A program made the position numbers and the translations under genes. From the human T2T-CHM13v2.0 reference genome, Homo sapiens, in assembly GCF_009914755.1 (NCBI RefSeq), contig NC_060947.1: 64,000 nucleotides of DNA. The stretch is one strand, 5' to 3'. Positions 1 to 15,960 of the stretch are shown one piece after another. Below the pieces are notes generated by a model. That model worked only from the letters and a program-made list of their open reading frames with translations. It made no database searches and had not been told where the DNA came from. Position 1 is the stretch's first letter. Each line of letters begins with the position of its first letter.

Positions 1-2168
1 ATTATAGAATGCTCCCCTGCCACACACTTACCAGCACCCCAAGAGGGCTCTAGTATGATAGTGGATTATAGCTGAAAGAGCTGCAAGACACAAACTCTCT
101 CTGAGCAGGAGAACTTTGGGAAACATAAAGTCAAGAGAGGAGACAAAAACAAAGACATTAGAAGATTTTGAAATCTCTGGCACCTGTAGCTATGGGAAAT
201 TTTAAACACAGCCCAACTTCTAGTCATATTAACATGAATCCTCACATTAAAGGCCTATTTACCTCAATTCCTATTTTCCAATATAAACTATCTGATTTTC
301 AACAACAAACAACAAGGGAAATACAGCTTAAAGAGACAAAGCAATCATCAGAACAAGACACAGATATGACACAGATGTTGGAATTGTCAGACAGAATTTA
401 AAATAATTATGATGATGTGTCAAAGGCTCTAATGGAAAGAGTAGACAACATACAAGGACAGATGAGTAGTACAAGCAGAGAGATGGAAACCTTAAGAAAG
501 AATCAAAAGGAAATGCTAGAAATTTTAAAAAGTAACAGCAATGAAGGATATCTTCAATGGACTCATCGGTAGATTTGACATGACAGAGGGAAGAGTCAGT
601 GAGCTTGATGACAGGATCATAGAACCTTCTCAAACTGAAATGCAAGGAGAATAAAGCATGGGTGAAAAAAAGAAAAGAACATTTAACACACACATACCAG
701 GAGAGTAGAGAGACAGTGAAGCAAAAGAACAATTTGAAGTAATAATGGCTAAGATCTTTCCAAAATTAATGACAGATACCAAACCACAGATCAAGGAAGC
801 TCAGAGAATACCAGCAGGAAAAATCTCTGCCTCCACAGCCCACCATGAAGTCCTCACACCTTGGTATATCATATTGAAACACAGAAAACCAAACACAGAG
901 AGAAAATCTTGAAAGAAGCCAAACAAGTGTGTGTATCAGGGGGGCACGGGGGTTGGGGGGTGAAGGGAAGAGAAAACATCTTACCTATAGAGGAATAAAG
1001 ATAAGAATGTTTATAGCAGCACAATTTGCAATTGCAAAAATATGGAACCAGCCTAAATAACCATCAACCAATGAATGGATAAAGAAAATGTGGTATATAT
1101 ATATACCATGGAATACTACATAGTCATAAAACAGAACAAAATAATGGCATTCGCAGCAACCCGGATGGAGTTGGAAACCACTATTCTAAGTGAAGTAACT
1201 TAGGAATGGAAAATCAAACATCATATGCTCTCACTTATAAGTGGGAACTAAGCTATGAAAGCACAAAGGCATAAGAATGATATAATGAACTTTGGAGACA
1301 TGAGGAGAAGTGTGGGAGGGGGAGTGAGGGATAAAAGTCCACACGTTGGGTACAGTGTACACTGCTTGGGTGATGAGTGCACTAAAATCTCAGAAATTAC
1401 CACTAAAGAACTTATCCATGTAACCAAAACCCACCGGTTCCCCCAAAACTATTCAAATAAAAAATAAAAAAGAACTACAGTGACTTTTTAATCAGAAACT
1501 GTGTTGTAAGAAGAGAGTGGAGTGAAATATTTAGCTTTGAAAGAAAAAACAACTCACCAATCTAGAATTCTATATCAAAAAAATTATCTTTCAAATGTGA
1601 AGAAGTAAAAACTTTCTTAAACAAAAACTAAGAGAATTCACTGCCAGCAAACTCACCCTACAAGAAATGTTAATAGAAGTTCTTCAGGCAGAAGAAAAAG
1701 TATATAGGTCAGAAACTTGAATCTACATAAAGAGAGCACTAGAGAATGAATAAATAAAGATATGATGAAGTACTTTGATTTTTAAATTTTTAATTGGTGT
1801 AAAATATTATTGTTTGTTTAAAGTAATAATAGTAAGAATGTATTGGGTTATTATGGCATGTGGATAAGTGAAGTGAAATCTGAAATAAAATTAATAATAG
1901 CAATGTTACAAAGAATGAGTGGGATGAATTTGGGATACTCTGTCATAAGGCATCTGTACTGTGCTTAAAGCAGTATAGTATTATTTGATGGTGAAATTAG
2001 ACCAGTTTAAAATATATATTGGAAAGTCTAGGGCAATCACTACAAAATTTTTTTTAAAGAACTGTAATTGATATGCTAATAAAAAAGATAAAATGGAATG
2101 ACATAAAATGCTCAATTAACACCAGAGAAGAATAAAAAGAGGAGAAAAGTAATAAAAAAATGCAATGC
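1..2168 (+). mobile_element. Ancient L1 (L1MC/L1M-type) 5'/ORF1 region; host element interrupted by younger L1s
   Basis: Decayed ORF1-like sequence (e.g. 'aaaccacagatcaaggaagctcagagaatacc', 'agaattctatatc...aattatctttcaaa') with an A-rich sense strand; boundaries approximate. Confidence 0.7.
1007..1470 (+). mobile_element. 5'-truncated L1PB-type 3' end inserted in the older L1
   Basis: L1 ORF2 end/3'UTR ('atggaatactac...gcagcaacccggatggagttgg', 'gggtacagtgtacactgcttgggtgatg') ending in an A-rich tail; host ORF1 sequence resumes afterwards. Confidence 0.8.
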
Positions 2169-2185
2169 ACAGGAAACCTTTATTA

Positions 2186-4571
<2,386 letters not shown>

Positions 4572-7366
4572 ATGATTGGAGGTGCAGCAAGATGGTGGAA
4601 TAGAAGGCTCTACCAGTCATCCCCCACACAAGGACACCAATTTAACAACTATCTACACTCATAAAACACCTTCATGAGAAGCAAAATCAGACAAACAAAA
4701 GCTGTGGGATTTTATCAACACCAGACTGGTCCTACAAAAAATGCTGAAGGGAGTGTTTCAATCAGAAAGAAAAAGACATTAATGAGCAATACATAATCAC
4801 CTGAAGTACAAAACTCACTGGTAATAGTAAGTACACAGAAAAACACAGAATATTATAACACTGTAACTTTGGTGTGTAAACTACTCTTATCCTAAGTCAA
4901 AAGACTAAACAATGAACCAATCAAAAGTAATAACTACAACAACTTTCCAAAACATAGTACAATCAAATATAAATAGAAACAACAAAATTTAAAAAGTGGG
5001 GGGATGAAGTTAAGGCATAGAGTTTTTACTAGTTTTCTTTTTGCTTTTTTGTTTATGCAAACAGTGTTAGGTTGTTATCAGTTTAAAATAAGGGGTTATA
5101 ATATTGAATTTGCAAGCCTCATGGTAACCTCAAACCAACAAACATACGACTGATATACAAAAACTAAAAAGAGACTAAATCATATCACCAGAGAAAATCA
5201 CCTTCTTTAGAGAAAGACAAGAAGGGAAGAAAGAAGGAAGGAAGAGAAGACTACAAAACAACCAGAAAACAAATAACAAAATGGCAGGAGTAAGTCCTTA
5301 CTTATCAATAATAACATTGAATGTAAATGGACTAAACTCTCCAATCAAAAGACATAGACTGACTGAATGAATGAAAAATCAAGACTCATTGATCTGATGC
5401 CTACAAGAAACACACTTCATATGTAAAGACACACATAGGCTGAAAATAAAGGGATGGAAAAATATATTCCATGCCAGTATAAACAAAAAAAGAGCAGAAA
5501 TCACTATACTTATATCAGACAAAATATATTTCAAGACAAAAACTATAAGAAGAGACAAAGAATGTCACTATATAATGATAAAGGTGTCAATTCAGCAAGA
5601 GGATATAAGAAATTTAAATATATGTGCACCCAACATGGGCATATCCAGATATATAAAGGAAATATTATTAGAACTAAAGAGAAGGATAGACCCCAATACA
5701 ATAATAGCTGGAGACTTCAACACCCTACTTTCAGCACTGGACAGATCTTCTGGACAGAAAATCAACAAAAAACATTGGACTTAATCTGCACTATAGACCA
5801 AATGAATCTAATAGATACAGAACATGTTATCCAATGGATACAGAATACACATTCTTTTCCTCAGCAAATGGATCATTCTCAGAGATAGACCAAATGTTAT
5901 GTCACAAAAAAGTCTTAAAACATTCAAAAAATTGAATTAATACCAAGCATCTTCTCTGAACACAATGGAATAAAGCTAGAAATTAATAACAAGAGAAATT
6001 TTGGAAACTATATAATACATGAAAATTAAAACAATATGCTTCTGAATGATGAGTGGATCAATGAAGGAATTATTAAGAAAATTAAAAAATTTATTGAAAC
6101 AAATGATAATGGAAATACAACATACCAAAACCTATGTGATACAGCAAAAGCATACTCAGAGGGAAGTTGATAGCTAGAAGTGCCTATATGAAAAAGAGGA
6201 AAAACTTCAAATAAACAATCTAATGATGCATCTTAAAGAACTAGAAAAGAACCAAACCCAAAATTAGTAGAAGAAAATAAATAATAAAGATCAGAGAAGA
6301 AATAAATGAAATTGAAATGAAGAAAACAATACAAAAGATCAATGGAACAAAAAGTTTATTTTTTGAAAGGTTAAACAAAATTGACAAGCCTTTAGCCAGA
6401 CTAAGAAAACAAAAGAGATCTAAATAAATAAAATCAGAAATGAAAAAGGAGACATTCCAACAGATACTGCAGAAATTCAAAGGATTATTAGTGGCTACTA
6501 TGAGTGACTATATGCCAATAAATTGGAAAATCTAGAAGAAATGAACAAATCCCTAGACATGTGCAACCTACCAAGATTGAACCATGGAGAAATGCAAAAC
6601 CTGAATAGACCAATAACAAGTAATGAGATATAAATGATAATAAGAATTCTCCCAGTCAAGAAAAGCCTGGGACTCAATGGCTTCACTGGTGAATTCTATC
6701 AAACCCTTAAAGAAGAACTAATACCAATCCTACTCCACCTATTCTGAAAAATAGAAGAGGAGGGAATACTTCCAACCTCATTCCATGAGGTTGGTATTAC
6801 CCTGATACCAAACCAAACACAGACATATCAAAAGAAAAAAGCAAAAAAACAAAAAACAAACAAAAAAGAACCCAAAAAAACACTACAGGCCAATATCTCT
6901 CTGAAGAATACTGATGCAAAAAATCCTCAACAAAATACTAGTAAATTGAATTAAATAACACATAGCATGTTCTCATTGATTTGTGGGATCTAAAAATCAA
7001 AACGATTGAACTAATAGACATAGAACGTAGAAGGATAGTTACCAGAGGCTGGGAAAGGTAGTGGGGGGCTTAGGGTAAGATGGGGATGGTTAATGGGTAC
7101 AAAAATAGTAAGAATGAATAATTCTTAGTATTTGATTGTACAACAGGGTGACTATAGTCAGTAATAACTTACTTGTATATTTAAGATAACTAAAAGTGTG
7201 TAATTGGATTTTTATAAGCAAAGGATAAATGCTTGAAGGAATGGATATTCTTCATGATGTGATTATTACACATTGAATGCCTGTATCAAAACATCTCATG
7301 TACCCCATAAACATACACACTTAGGTACCCACAAAAATTGAAAATAAAAAATTTAAAATTAAAAAA
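4572..7366 (+). mobile_element. L1MA1-3-like element with both termini but two large internal deletions
   Basis: 5' end 'ggaggtgcagcaagatggtggaatagaagg'; ORF1 end from 4691; ORF2 start atggcaggagtaagt at 5281; endonuclease fragment IIAGDFNTLLSALDRS (ORF 5575-5784); L1MA 3'UTR and A-tail; TSD gtttatagcag at 4561-4571 and 7367-7377. Confidence 0.88.
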
Positions 7367-7377
7367 GTTTATAGCAG

Positions 7378-9350
7378 GTTTATTTATGAATAATCACCAA
7401 AAACTAGAAGCAACAAAAATGTCCTTCAATAGGTAAAGGAATAAGCCAACTGTTCTACATCATATAATGTAATACTATTGAGTGATGAAAAGGAATGAGT
7501 TATCAAGCTATGCAAATACAAAGATGTAAATGCATTTTGCCTAGTGAAAGAAGCTAGTTTTCAAAGATATATTTGGTGTGATTCCCTTTATATGACATTC
7601 TGGAAAAGAGAATACTCTAGACACAGGTCAGTGATTGCTAGAAGTTCAGTGGAGGTGGGGAAAGGTTGAATGTGAGAATCACGGGGGATTTTTTTTTAAG
7701 GCAGTGAAGCTATTCTGAATGAGACTGCCATGGTGGATACACAATATTGTATACTTGTCAAAACCCACAGAACTAGAGCCCAAAGAGTGGACTTTAATGT
7801 ATGCAAATTTAAAAACCATTTAGGAGATCAGTGGATCTCAGAATGGAATGCAGAATGTGATTTTTAAAAATCTAACTGTATTACGCATGTGTTAAACAAC
7901 ATAACGGAAGGGGGGGTAGAGGAAATGTACAAGGTAATGGGTAGAGTCTATAAGACTAAAGATAAAAGGAACTGTACATAAGCACTACTCTAAATGATAA
8001 AGTTGTTTCCTATTGGGATATGGGTTCACAATTCTTAAACTACTATACATGGATACTAGGATTACACAATAAGGAAATGGACGGCAGATGGTGGGAGCTA
8101 GTTTTCTCATTGTTGGAGCAGAAAGGTTACAGATAAGGAGAAAAGAGTAGAATAATTCATGTGGTAATGGATTGGAATTAAAGACATTAGTATGAACTCA
8201 TGATTAGTTTAATATAGACACAGATAGATACATACAGAAATGTTTACAGATATGTGTATATACAGCATTTATATATACAAATGTATTTCCTTGTGCTGTC
8301 AGTTTACAGGGCTAGAACCAAAAACACTCCAGTAACAGTAGTCACACATAGTGCACAGATCTTGGTTTCTAATACCATTTTTCGATAAAATAAACCAGGG
8401 CTCCTGGGAGAAATGGCTGATTCTAGGACTGGGGCAGGAAATATGCAGATGATCCTGGAACATTTTGTACTGCTAGAAAATAAGAAAGTACTCAAAAAAA
8501 AAAAAAAAAAGAAAAAAGAAAAGAAAAGAAAATCCACAGTGGTGGAAGTGTGTCAGAAAGACACAGGAGTCAACTGAAAGAGCTCCCAATGGCTGAAAGT
8601 GGAATGATTTGAGGATCAAAATAAATAAAGCAGTATTGGATTATAAGCCAAAGTATAAAATAAATATCCATGAGTTCATACTGACATAATAAATGATTGA
8701 ATAAATAAATGGGGAAGAATATACAAAAATCCCACGTAGAAGAATTCCAGATAATTTACGTAGATACTCCCCTTCAAGAATTCTCACTTATATGTGGACA
8801 CTAAAACAATCAAACTCAAAGCAACAGAGAGTAAAATGGTGGTTACCAGAAGCTGGGGTTTAGGGGGAATGGTGAAATCATGGTCAAATTATACAAAGCC
8901 TCAATTAGGCAGGAGGAATAAGTTTTTTTTTCTTTTTTTGCTTTGAGATATATTGCACAGTGTGGTGAATATAGTAAAAATAATATCAAACATTTAAAAA
9001 TTGCTAAGAGACTAAATTTTAAATGTTCTCAACACAAAAAATGTTAGGTATTTGAGGTGATGGGTAGGTTAATTAGCTTGATTTTATTATTCCATATTGT
9101 AGTCATAAGTCAGAACATCATTTTGTACCCCATAAATAGGTATAACTATAATTTGTCAATTTATATTTAAAAAACAAAAAAAGAAACAATGTATTAATAT
9201 CGGTTCATTAATTGTTACAAATGCGCTATACTAATATATGATGTTAATAATAGGGGAAACTGGGTGTGGGATGTTTTGGAACTCTGTACTATCTTAATAA
9301 CTTTTCTGTAAGTCTGAAACTATTTTAAAATTAAAGAAAGTTTATTTAAA
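7378..9350 (+). mobile_element. Host L1MC-type 3' end/long 3'UTR (interrupted at about 8780-9185)
   Basis: L1MC-like 3'UTR blocks ('cagatcttggtttctaataccatt...ggagaaatggctgattctaggactggggcagg'; 'ataataggggaaactgggtgtggg...actctgtactatc'). Confidence 0.75.
8780..9185 (+). mobile_element. L1MA (older, MA5-8-like) 3'UTR fragment
   Basis: 'attctcacttatatgtgga...gagagtaaaatggtggttaccagaagctgggg...ttaattagcttgatttt' plus A-rich tail. Confidence 0.7.
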
Positions 9351-10034
9351 ATTGCAGTGCCAAAATAGAATATTCAATTTTTTTTAGATATGAGACCTTT
9401 ATTTTTTAACACAAAGGAGTTGCTCTGGAATCTATTGCTAGGGCAGAGCATTGGGAATTCAATGCGCTGGTATTATTCACAAAGTCCAGATTTTATCAGC
9501 AAAGTCTTCCCATCTTGTTCCTCTGCCTTTATTAGCATTTGCAACTCTCTCAATTTAGCATCGTTCACAATGTCATTACCATGCTGGTTATTTCCTCTTC
9601 CAGATCATTAAGTTAAAATAGACCAGCTCCGACACCACACCCTATGGCAGTTTTGGGACCTTGTCCTCAAATGGCGGCAGATCTGTGAAGTTAGAAACCA
9701 GCTAAATAATAATTATCTGTAAATGGCAATTTCCTAACTTAATTGGTTGAATTTCATTCTGCAGGTGGTGATATTAAAGCAAACACTTTCCTGCTGTCCA
9801 AACAGACACACTCTGGTTCTGAATTATGATGGAAAGGTAACCAAGTGAGCTTGTTGTGGCATATTATTTGTCACTCCCCAGGGCTAATTGTTTGTATCTT
9901 AGAAAGCTGATCATTATCAGATCAGTATTTCCATAATCCTCTTTTATCACTTTATACTACTTTCCTGTATGTAGAGTGTTTAGTAGAAACTAAACCACAT
10001 GTCTGTCACCAACTGCATTCTTCCTCTGGACTTA

Positions 10035-10545
10035 CTAGTCATACAGAAAAGTACCCCTATTGCAGGCATAAAGCTCAATGAATTCTTAAAAGGTGAACAC
10101 ACTCTTGTAATCAGTGTAATCAGGACCCAGATCAAGAAACAGAACATTACCAGCACCCAGAAACCTGTCCAGGCTTCACCTGCCACATCCTCAATATCAA
10201 AGAGTAACCACTATCCTGATTTTGAAATAATAGATTTATTTTGACTATTTATTGCATATTTTGAACAAATTGAATTATAGCATCCATTGGGTCTGACTTC
10301 TTTTGCTCAACATTATGTTTGTGATATTCATCCATGTGTTGCACGTAGTTGTAGATAATTCATTTACATTGCTGTATAGCATTCCATTGTGTAAATATAC
10401 CAGAATTTATCTGTTCAATTGCTGTTGTGCATTTGGGTGGTTTCTAGTTTTTGACTTTTAAGAATAATACTGCTATTTAACCTTCTAGTTAGCATGTATT
10501 TTTCGGTGACCATATGAATGCATTTTTGTTGGGTATTGTTTAGCT
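10035..10545 (-). mobile_element. Old L1 (L1ME/L1MB-like) 3' end
   Basis: 'cccagatcaagaaacagaacattaccagcaccc', 'ttgctcaacattatgtttgtgatattcatccatgtg'. Confidence 0.65.
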
Positions 10546-10564
10546 TTGGCAGATATGTTAGGCA

Positions 10565-10815
10565 GTGTATAATTAAATACTTGGAGCTGAAATTCAGATA
10601 AACCTGGTCTTAAATTTGGCTCTACTACTTACTAGGAACTTGGACAAGTTACCCAACCTCTCTAGGCCTTGCCTCTTGTAGTCTGTCAGGTGAAGATTTA
10701 AAAAGTTCCTGCCTCGTAGGGCTGCTGTTCATATTAAAAGAAATAATGTATGGCCATGATTTAATACAGTGCTTGGCATAGAGCAAGCATCAATAAATGT
10801 CAACCATTGTGATTT
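10565..10815 (+). mobile_element. MIR SINE
   Basis: Core 'ggctctactacttactag...ttggacaagttacccaacctctct' and 3' 'cttggcatagagcaagcatcaataaatgt'. Confidence 0.7.
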
Positions 10816-11354
10816 TTTAGTGTTATTTATTGAAAAATTGTTCAGTATTATTTAAATTGCAAACAGAGGTGAAATAAACAGATTATTTACAGAAACGTTT
10901 TTCACTTGTAAGATCTTGAAAAAATGTGTTCCGACCCTGTGAATACTATTCTTAAGACCTCTCCACCCAGCCACGCCCCAGCTATTGTTCCTTACTCCCT
11001 CAAATTCTTAGCGCAAGGACATGCTTGCAGTTAAACCTTCCCCATCCCACCGGCTGCCATAGAAGCTGAGAAGAAAATAAGGGGAATAAGTCTTCATTTC
11101 TGTCAGTTTCCTTGTGGGAAGGACTGAAAGGATATTTGATACCTGGGACTCACTGCCAAATTTGTATCCATTTTGAACACTTCATCTATTCTAGATTATT
11201 CAGACCAGATCTTCATTATTAAAAATATATTTCATAGTATTATGCAAATACTATGCGGTTCATGTTGAAAATGTCACATATAAAAGATACCCATATCTTT
11301 TTGTGTAAAAAAAAAAAAGCACTCTTTTCTTTCAATATAAATAATTCATGCTTT

Positions 11355-12040
11355 TGTTACAGGTAGTTAGGCGTGGGTGGGGCAGGAGAGGGCTCTCCCC
11401 CCACCCACTAGAAAAGTCAGGTGATGATTTGGCAATTATCGCATTGCCTCTCTTAAAATGATAATTCGGCAGCCAGGGAGAGACTGATGGTCCACACCTG
11501 TTAATTATTAATTAAAACTGTTAACTGAATGCAGACGCCAGGGAGAAACAGCTTCTTGGGCATGCATATTAAGAGACAAAAATGGCGAAGTATGATCCTT
11601 CCAGGTACATTCCACTGGAAAAAGGAAGAAAGCCTCAGATGGGCATGCCTGTAACTCCCTAAACACACTGCATGAGCTCACTTCTCAAGGGTAAGGAGGG
11701 CTCTGTGCATGAGGGCAGCCCACTGTAAGGGAAGAATCATGGTAAAGAGGCGAGCTTATGAAAGTCCCAGGATCACAGTTAAATGGGGCACTTGACCGCT
11801 CTTTAACCTTTCACGTGCACGCTTGGGTCTCTTCCAAGCGCACCTGACTTTCTTTCCTGTTCTAAGGCCTTTTAAAATAAACTTCTATTCCTGCTGTGGA
11901 ACTTGTCTCTGTCTCTTTTTCTGATTTTGTCCCTCAGTCGAATTATTTCTTCTGAGGAGGCAAGGACTGAAGTTGCTACAGACCCCTAAGGACAGGCCAT
12001 CGGTAACACTGGGTAAATCAGATCTCTTCCACGGGTAAGA
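11355..12040 (+). mobile_element. Solo ERV1 LTR, MER50-like
   Basis: Starts tgttacaggtagttagg...ggcaggagagggc; aataaa near 11876; ends ggtaaga; 4-bp TSD cttt at 11351-11354 and 12041-12044. Confidence 0.75.
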
Positions 12041-12399
12041 CTTTCTATAAAAATATTGAAAAATACAAGAAGTAGTTTTGTATGCTGTAAATATTCTTGT
12101 ATGAGAAGAAGAAAATGAAAAATATTTGTAATCCTATTGCCCAGAGATTTCTGGGTAGTCTTTTCAGACTCAAATAAATAATATTTCCATTACAAAAATG
12201 TAGAAAATTTGTTAAAACATAGGAAAGCAAAAACAAAACAACAAATAATAAATCCCTGTGTTCCTAAGATATAAAACAAAATTTCAACAGAGCTTGCCAT
12301 TCCATTTTTTCCCCTCCTCTTTTCCTCTCTCCTTCCCTCCTTTTCTCCTCTCCTTTCTCTTTCTTTCCTTTCTTCTCTCTCAATATAATAGCATCATTT

Positions 12400-13525
12400 T
12401 ATAATACTCTTTTGTAGTTTGCTTTTTAAAAACCTTTTATGGGCATGTCAAATATTTCATATTTCAATAAATATTCATCTAAAACTTGATTTTTGATGAC
12501 TGCATAACATTCTATCTTATGAATAATTTGCCTAACAGTTCTCTAGTGTTGAGCATTTATTTTGTTTATACTTATTCACTATTATCAAGAAGGCCATGGT
12601 GAACTTTGTTGTATATACATCTTTTTGCATCTTTGATTATTTTAGGATAATTTTATGGAAGCTGAATCAGTGATTCAAAGTTTATATACATTAAAAATAT
12701 TTTGATAACCATGGCCAAATTGCCTTCTAGAAAGCTTATGTCATTTTAATTTCTACTATCAGTTTATGAGAAGCCTATTTCATCATGCCTTTGGCAGTCC
12801 TGAGCATTATAACTTTAATTTTTACAAATGTAAAGGGTAAAAAAAATCATTGTTCTTTTATTTTTCTTTGATTAACAGGGAGGTTGAATTTTTCTGGATT
12901 TTTAAAAAATTTTTATTCTATGAATTAGTTTTTTATGCCCTTTGATGATTATTCCTAATGTGTTTATGTTTTTCTTGTTGGGTTATTGGCGTTTTATATC
13001 TTAAAGGATTTTTTGCATGCTTTTTAACGTATTTTTAAATATCTTAAGGGACTAATATTTGCTTTTCTTATTTATTTTTAATATTTTCCTAATTCATTAT
13101 ATAACATTCATGGTGTCCTTGGATATACAAAAGTTCTAATGCTTTACGCCAAGAATCAAGTCTTCTTTTTATGTAGTCGTATTTTTAGCTGCTTAGGTTA
13201 TAATTTCTTACATTATTTTTATACTTAGTAATCCCTTTTCAGTCAGAAATCAATGAAGTTGTCACTTATAGTTTCTGCCTTTTGCAAAAAAAATGGTTTT
13301 GTTCTTAACATTTGACTCTGATTTGTCTGGAATTTACTTGACAGTACGAGATTATATTATGAGACAGAGATCTAACATTCATTTCTCCAAATACATAGTT
13401 AATTTTCCAAACCCTATGCATTAAATAGAACATCTAATTCCTATTGCTTTGTGATTCCTTCTTTATCACATTTGAAGTTATAGTATATACTAAAGTGTAT
13501 TTGCTCCCATTCATCTGTCTTTTAT
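12400..13525 (-). mobile_element. Highly decayed L1M fragment
   Basis: T-rich, with L1 antisense motifs ('ggccaaattgccttctagaaagcttatg', 'atttgtctggaatttac'). Confidence 0.5.
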
Positions 13526-13542
13526 TTATGCAACATATTTTT

Positions 13543-14136
13543 TAATTTCATTTTTTATTTCAATAGTTTTATTGGGGTACAGGTGGCTTTTGGTTACATG
13601 GATGAGTTCTTTAGTGGTGATTTCTGGGATTTTGGTGCACCTATTACCTGAGCAGTGTACACTGTACCCAATATGTAGTCTTTTATCCCTAACCCCCCTT
13701 CCACCTTTCCCCTCAAGTCCCCAGAGCCCATTATATTATTCTTATGCCTTTGCATCCTCATAGCTTAGCTCCCACTTACAAGTGAGAACATAAGAATTTT
13801 GGTTTTCCATTCCTGAGTTACTTCACTTAGAATAATGTCCTCCAGCTCCACCCAAGTGGCTGCAAAAGACGTTATTTCATTCCTTTTTATGGCTGAGTAG
13901 TATTCCATGGTGTATATATACCACATTTTCTTTAACCCCTTGTTGGTTGATGGGCACTTAGGTTGGTTCTCTATTTTTGCAACTGCAAATTGTGCTGCTA
14001 TAAGCATGCAAGTGCTTGTGTCTTTTATATATAATGATTTCTTTTCCTTTGGGTAGATACCCAGTAGTGGGATTGCTGGATCAAATGGTAGTTCTTTTAG
14101 TTCTTTAAGGAATCTCCATACTGTTTTCCATAGTGG
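13543..14136 (-). mobile_element. 5'-truncated L1PB element
   Basis: ORF 13765-14007 (-) is the ORF2 C-terminus (KKMWYIYTMEYYSAIKRNE); L1PB 3'UTR; TSD ttatgcaacatattttt at 13526-13542 and 14137-14153. Confidence 0.9.
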
Positions 14137-14479
14137 TTATGCAACATATTTTTACTGAGTACCTAGACCTACTGTGTCCCAGACCCTATGGTTGTCCTGG
14201 AACACATGTTGCTGAACCAGACAGACAGTGTAAACTCCATAAGGACAAGGAGAATCTCGTTGTGTTTCTTCCCCCACGTGCTTCTTAACATCAACTTAAT
14301 TTGAAAGCCTTCAGAAGGTGAGAAACAAGTCTTCATTTTCCATGCACTCTCCATGGTGTTTTTGCCAGGGCCAAATGGACTATAGGGCTTCATAGGAAAA
14401 TCCATCAAAAAAATGTTCTACTCCTTTCCTCCCACCTTGACTTAGCAAAGGTATAGAGTCTCTTTTTCAAGATGCAGCC

Positions 14480-14614
14480 ATGGTGAATGAGAACATTAGA
14501 TCTAGAGTCAAGAAACCTGGGTTTGAATTGTGATTATGTACTAACTTCATGCCCTTCAAAAAATATCTTCACTCCTTGGAAACTCAGTTTCCTCATCTTT
14601 AAAATGGAGTTAAT
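14480..14614 (+). mobile_element. MIR fragment (Alu insertion target)
   Basis: 'agagtcaagaaacctgggtttgaat...ctcagtttcctcatctttaaaatgg'. Confidence 0.65.
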
Positions 14615-14615
14615 A

Positions 14616-14936
<321 letters not shown>

Positions 14937-15844
14937 AAAATGGAGTTAATGCTTATAGCAATCTTTGAGTGTGAACTGAAAATTGGTGTTAAAACTCTGA
15001 AAATTGTAAAATGTCATGGAGATAAAAATTATTATTTTCATTTTTAGTCAAACTAAAGTACAAATAACCTGAAAGCAGGGCTCATATCTTGCTGCCTTTG
15101 TGACCCCCTCTGCCTAAGTACACTATTTACTTAGTACTTGTACTGACAGGAAGCCCTAACCAAATATTTATTGAATACATAAATAAATTCCCCTGCTCAG
15201 GTAGATGCTCTTCTAATATAACCTAATGGAAACACCCCCTGCCAGAAAGCCTAAGCAAATAACTCATTATTTGCTCTGGATTTTAGTTGGCTTTAGTAGA
15301 TTATATATGTATCCTGATACCCCAGAGTTTGGGAGCCAACTTAAATATTGTTTAAAAGAATAAAAAGGATCTATAAGATAACACATTAAGCCTTTGATAT
15401 TTGAAAGAGATACTTCCCTAAACCCTCACAAATCTCCAAATTTGTAAATACTATGATGATGCACACTTTCCATCACTGAATACAGTAAAATGTAACTAAA
15501 ATATTTGTGATCAAATTGTTGGTGATTCTGTAAGTCCACTGGCTCTTTAGACTTAAGTTCAACTGGTTGGCCTTTGCTTTCTTTTTGGAGCTAGTTTCTC
15601 CTGTTAGCTCCATAGTCTGCTCTGCTAACAGGCACCAGCAGACTTCTTGAACACTGAATCTAGGATGAACAGAGCTTATGCCCAAATTGACCTCCCTCCT
15701 CAACTTTAAATCTTTTCTATCAGGATAATAATTCATAGATCTTAATAAAATTGATGAGGCCAGATGAATAGCCAGGAGGTTGAGGAGACTTGAAAGCCGA
15801 AAAAAGTGGGTATTTTGAAGTCATTGGTCCTGTCAGAGTTTTAA

Positions 15845-15960
15845 TCTCATTTTACAGATGAGGAAAAGTAGGACTCAGGAAGATTTAATAACTTGCCTAA
15901 GGTCAAGGAGCTGAAAGAATCAGTACTGCAAACTCTGCTAGATCTATATTTCATACTCCT
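15845..15960 (-). mobile_element. MIR fragment
   Basis: 'cattttacagatgaggaaa...aataacttgcctaaggtca'. Confidence 0.6.
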
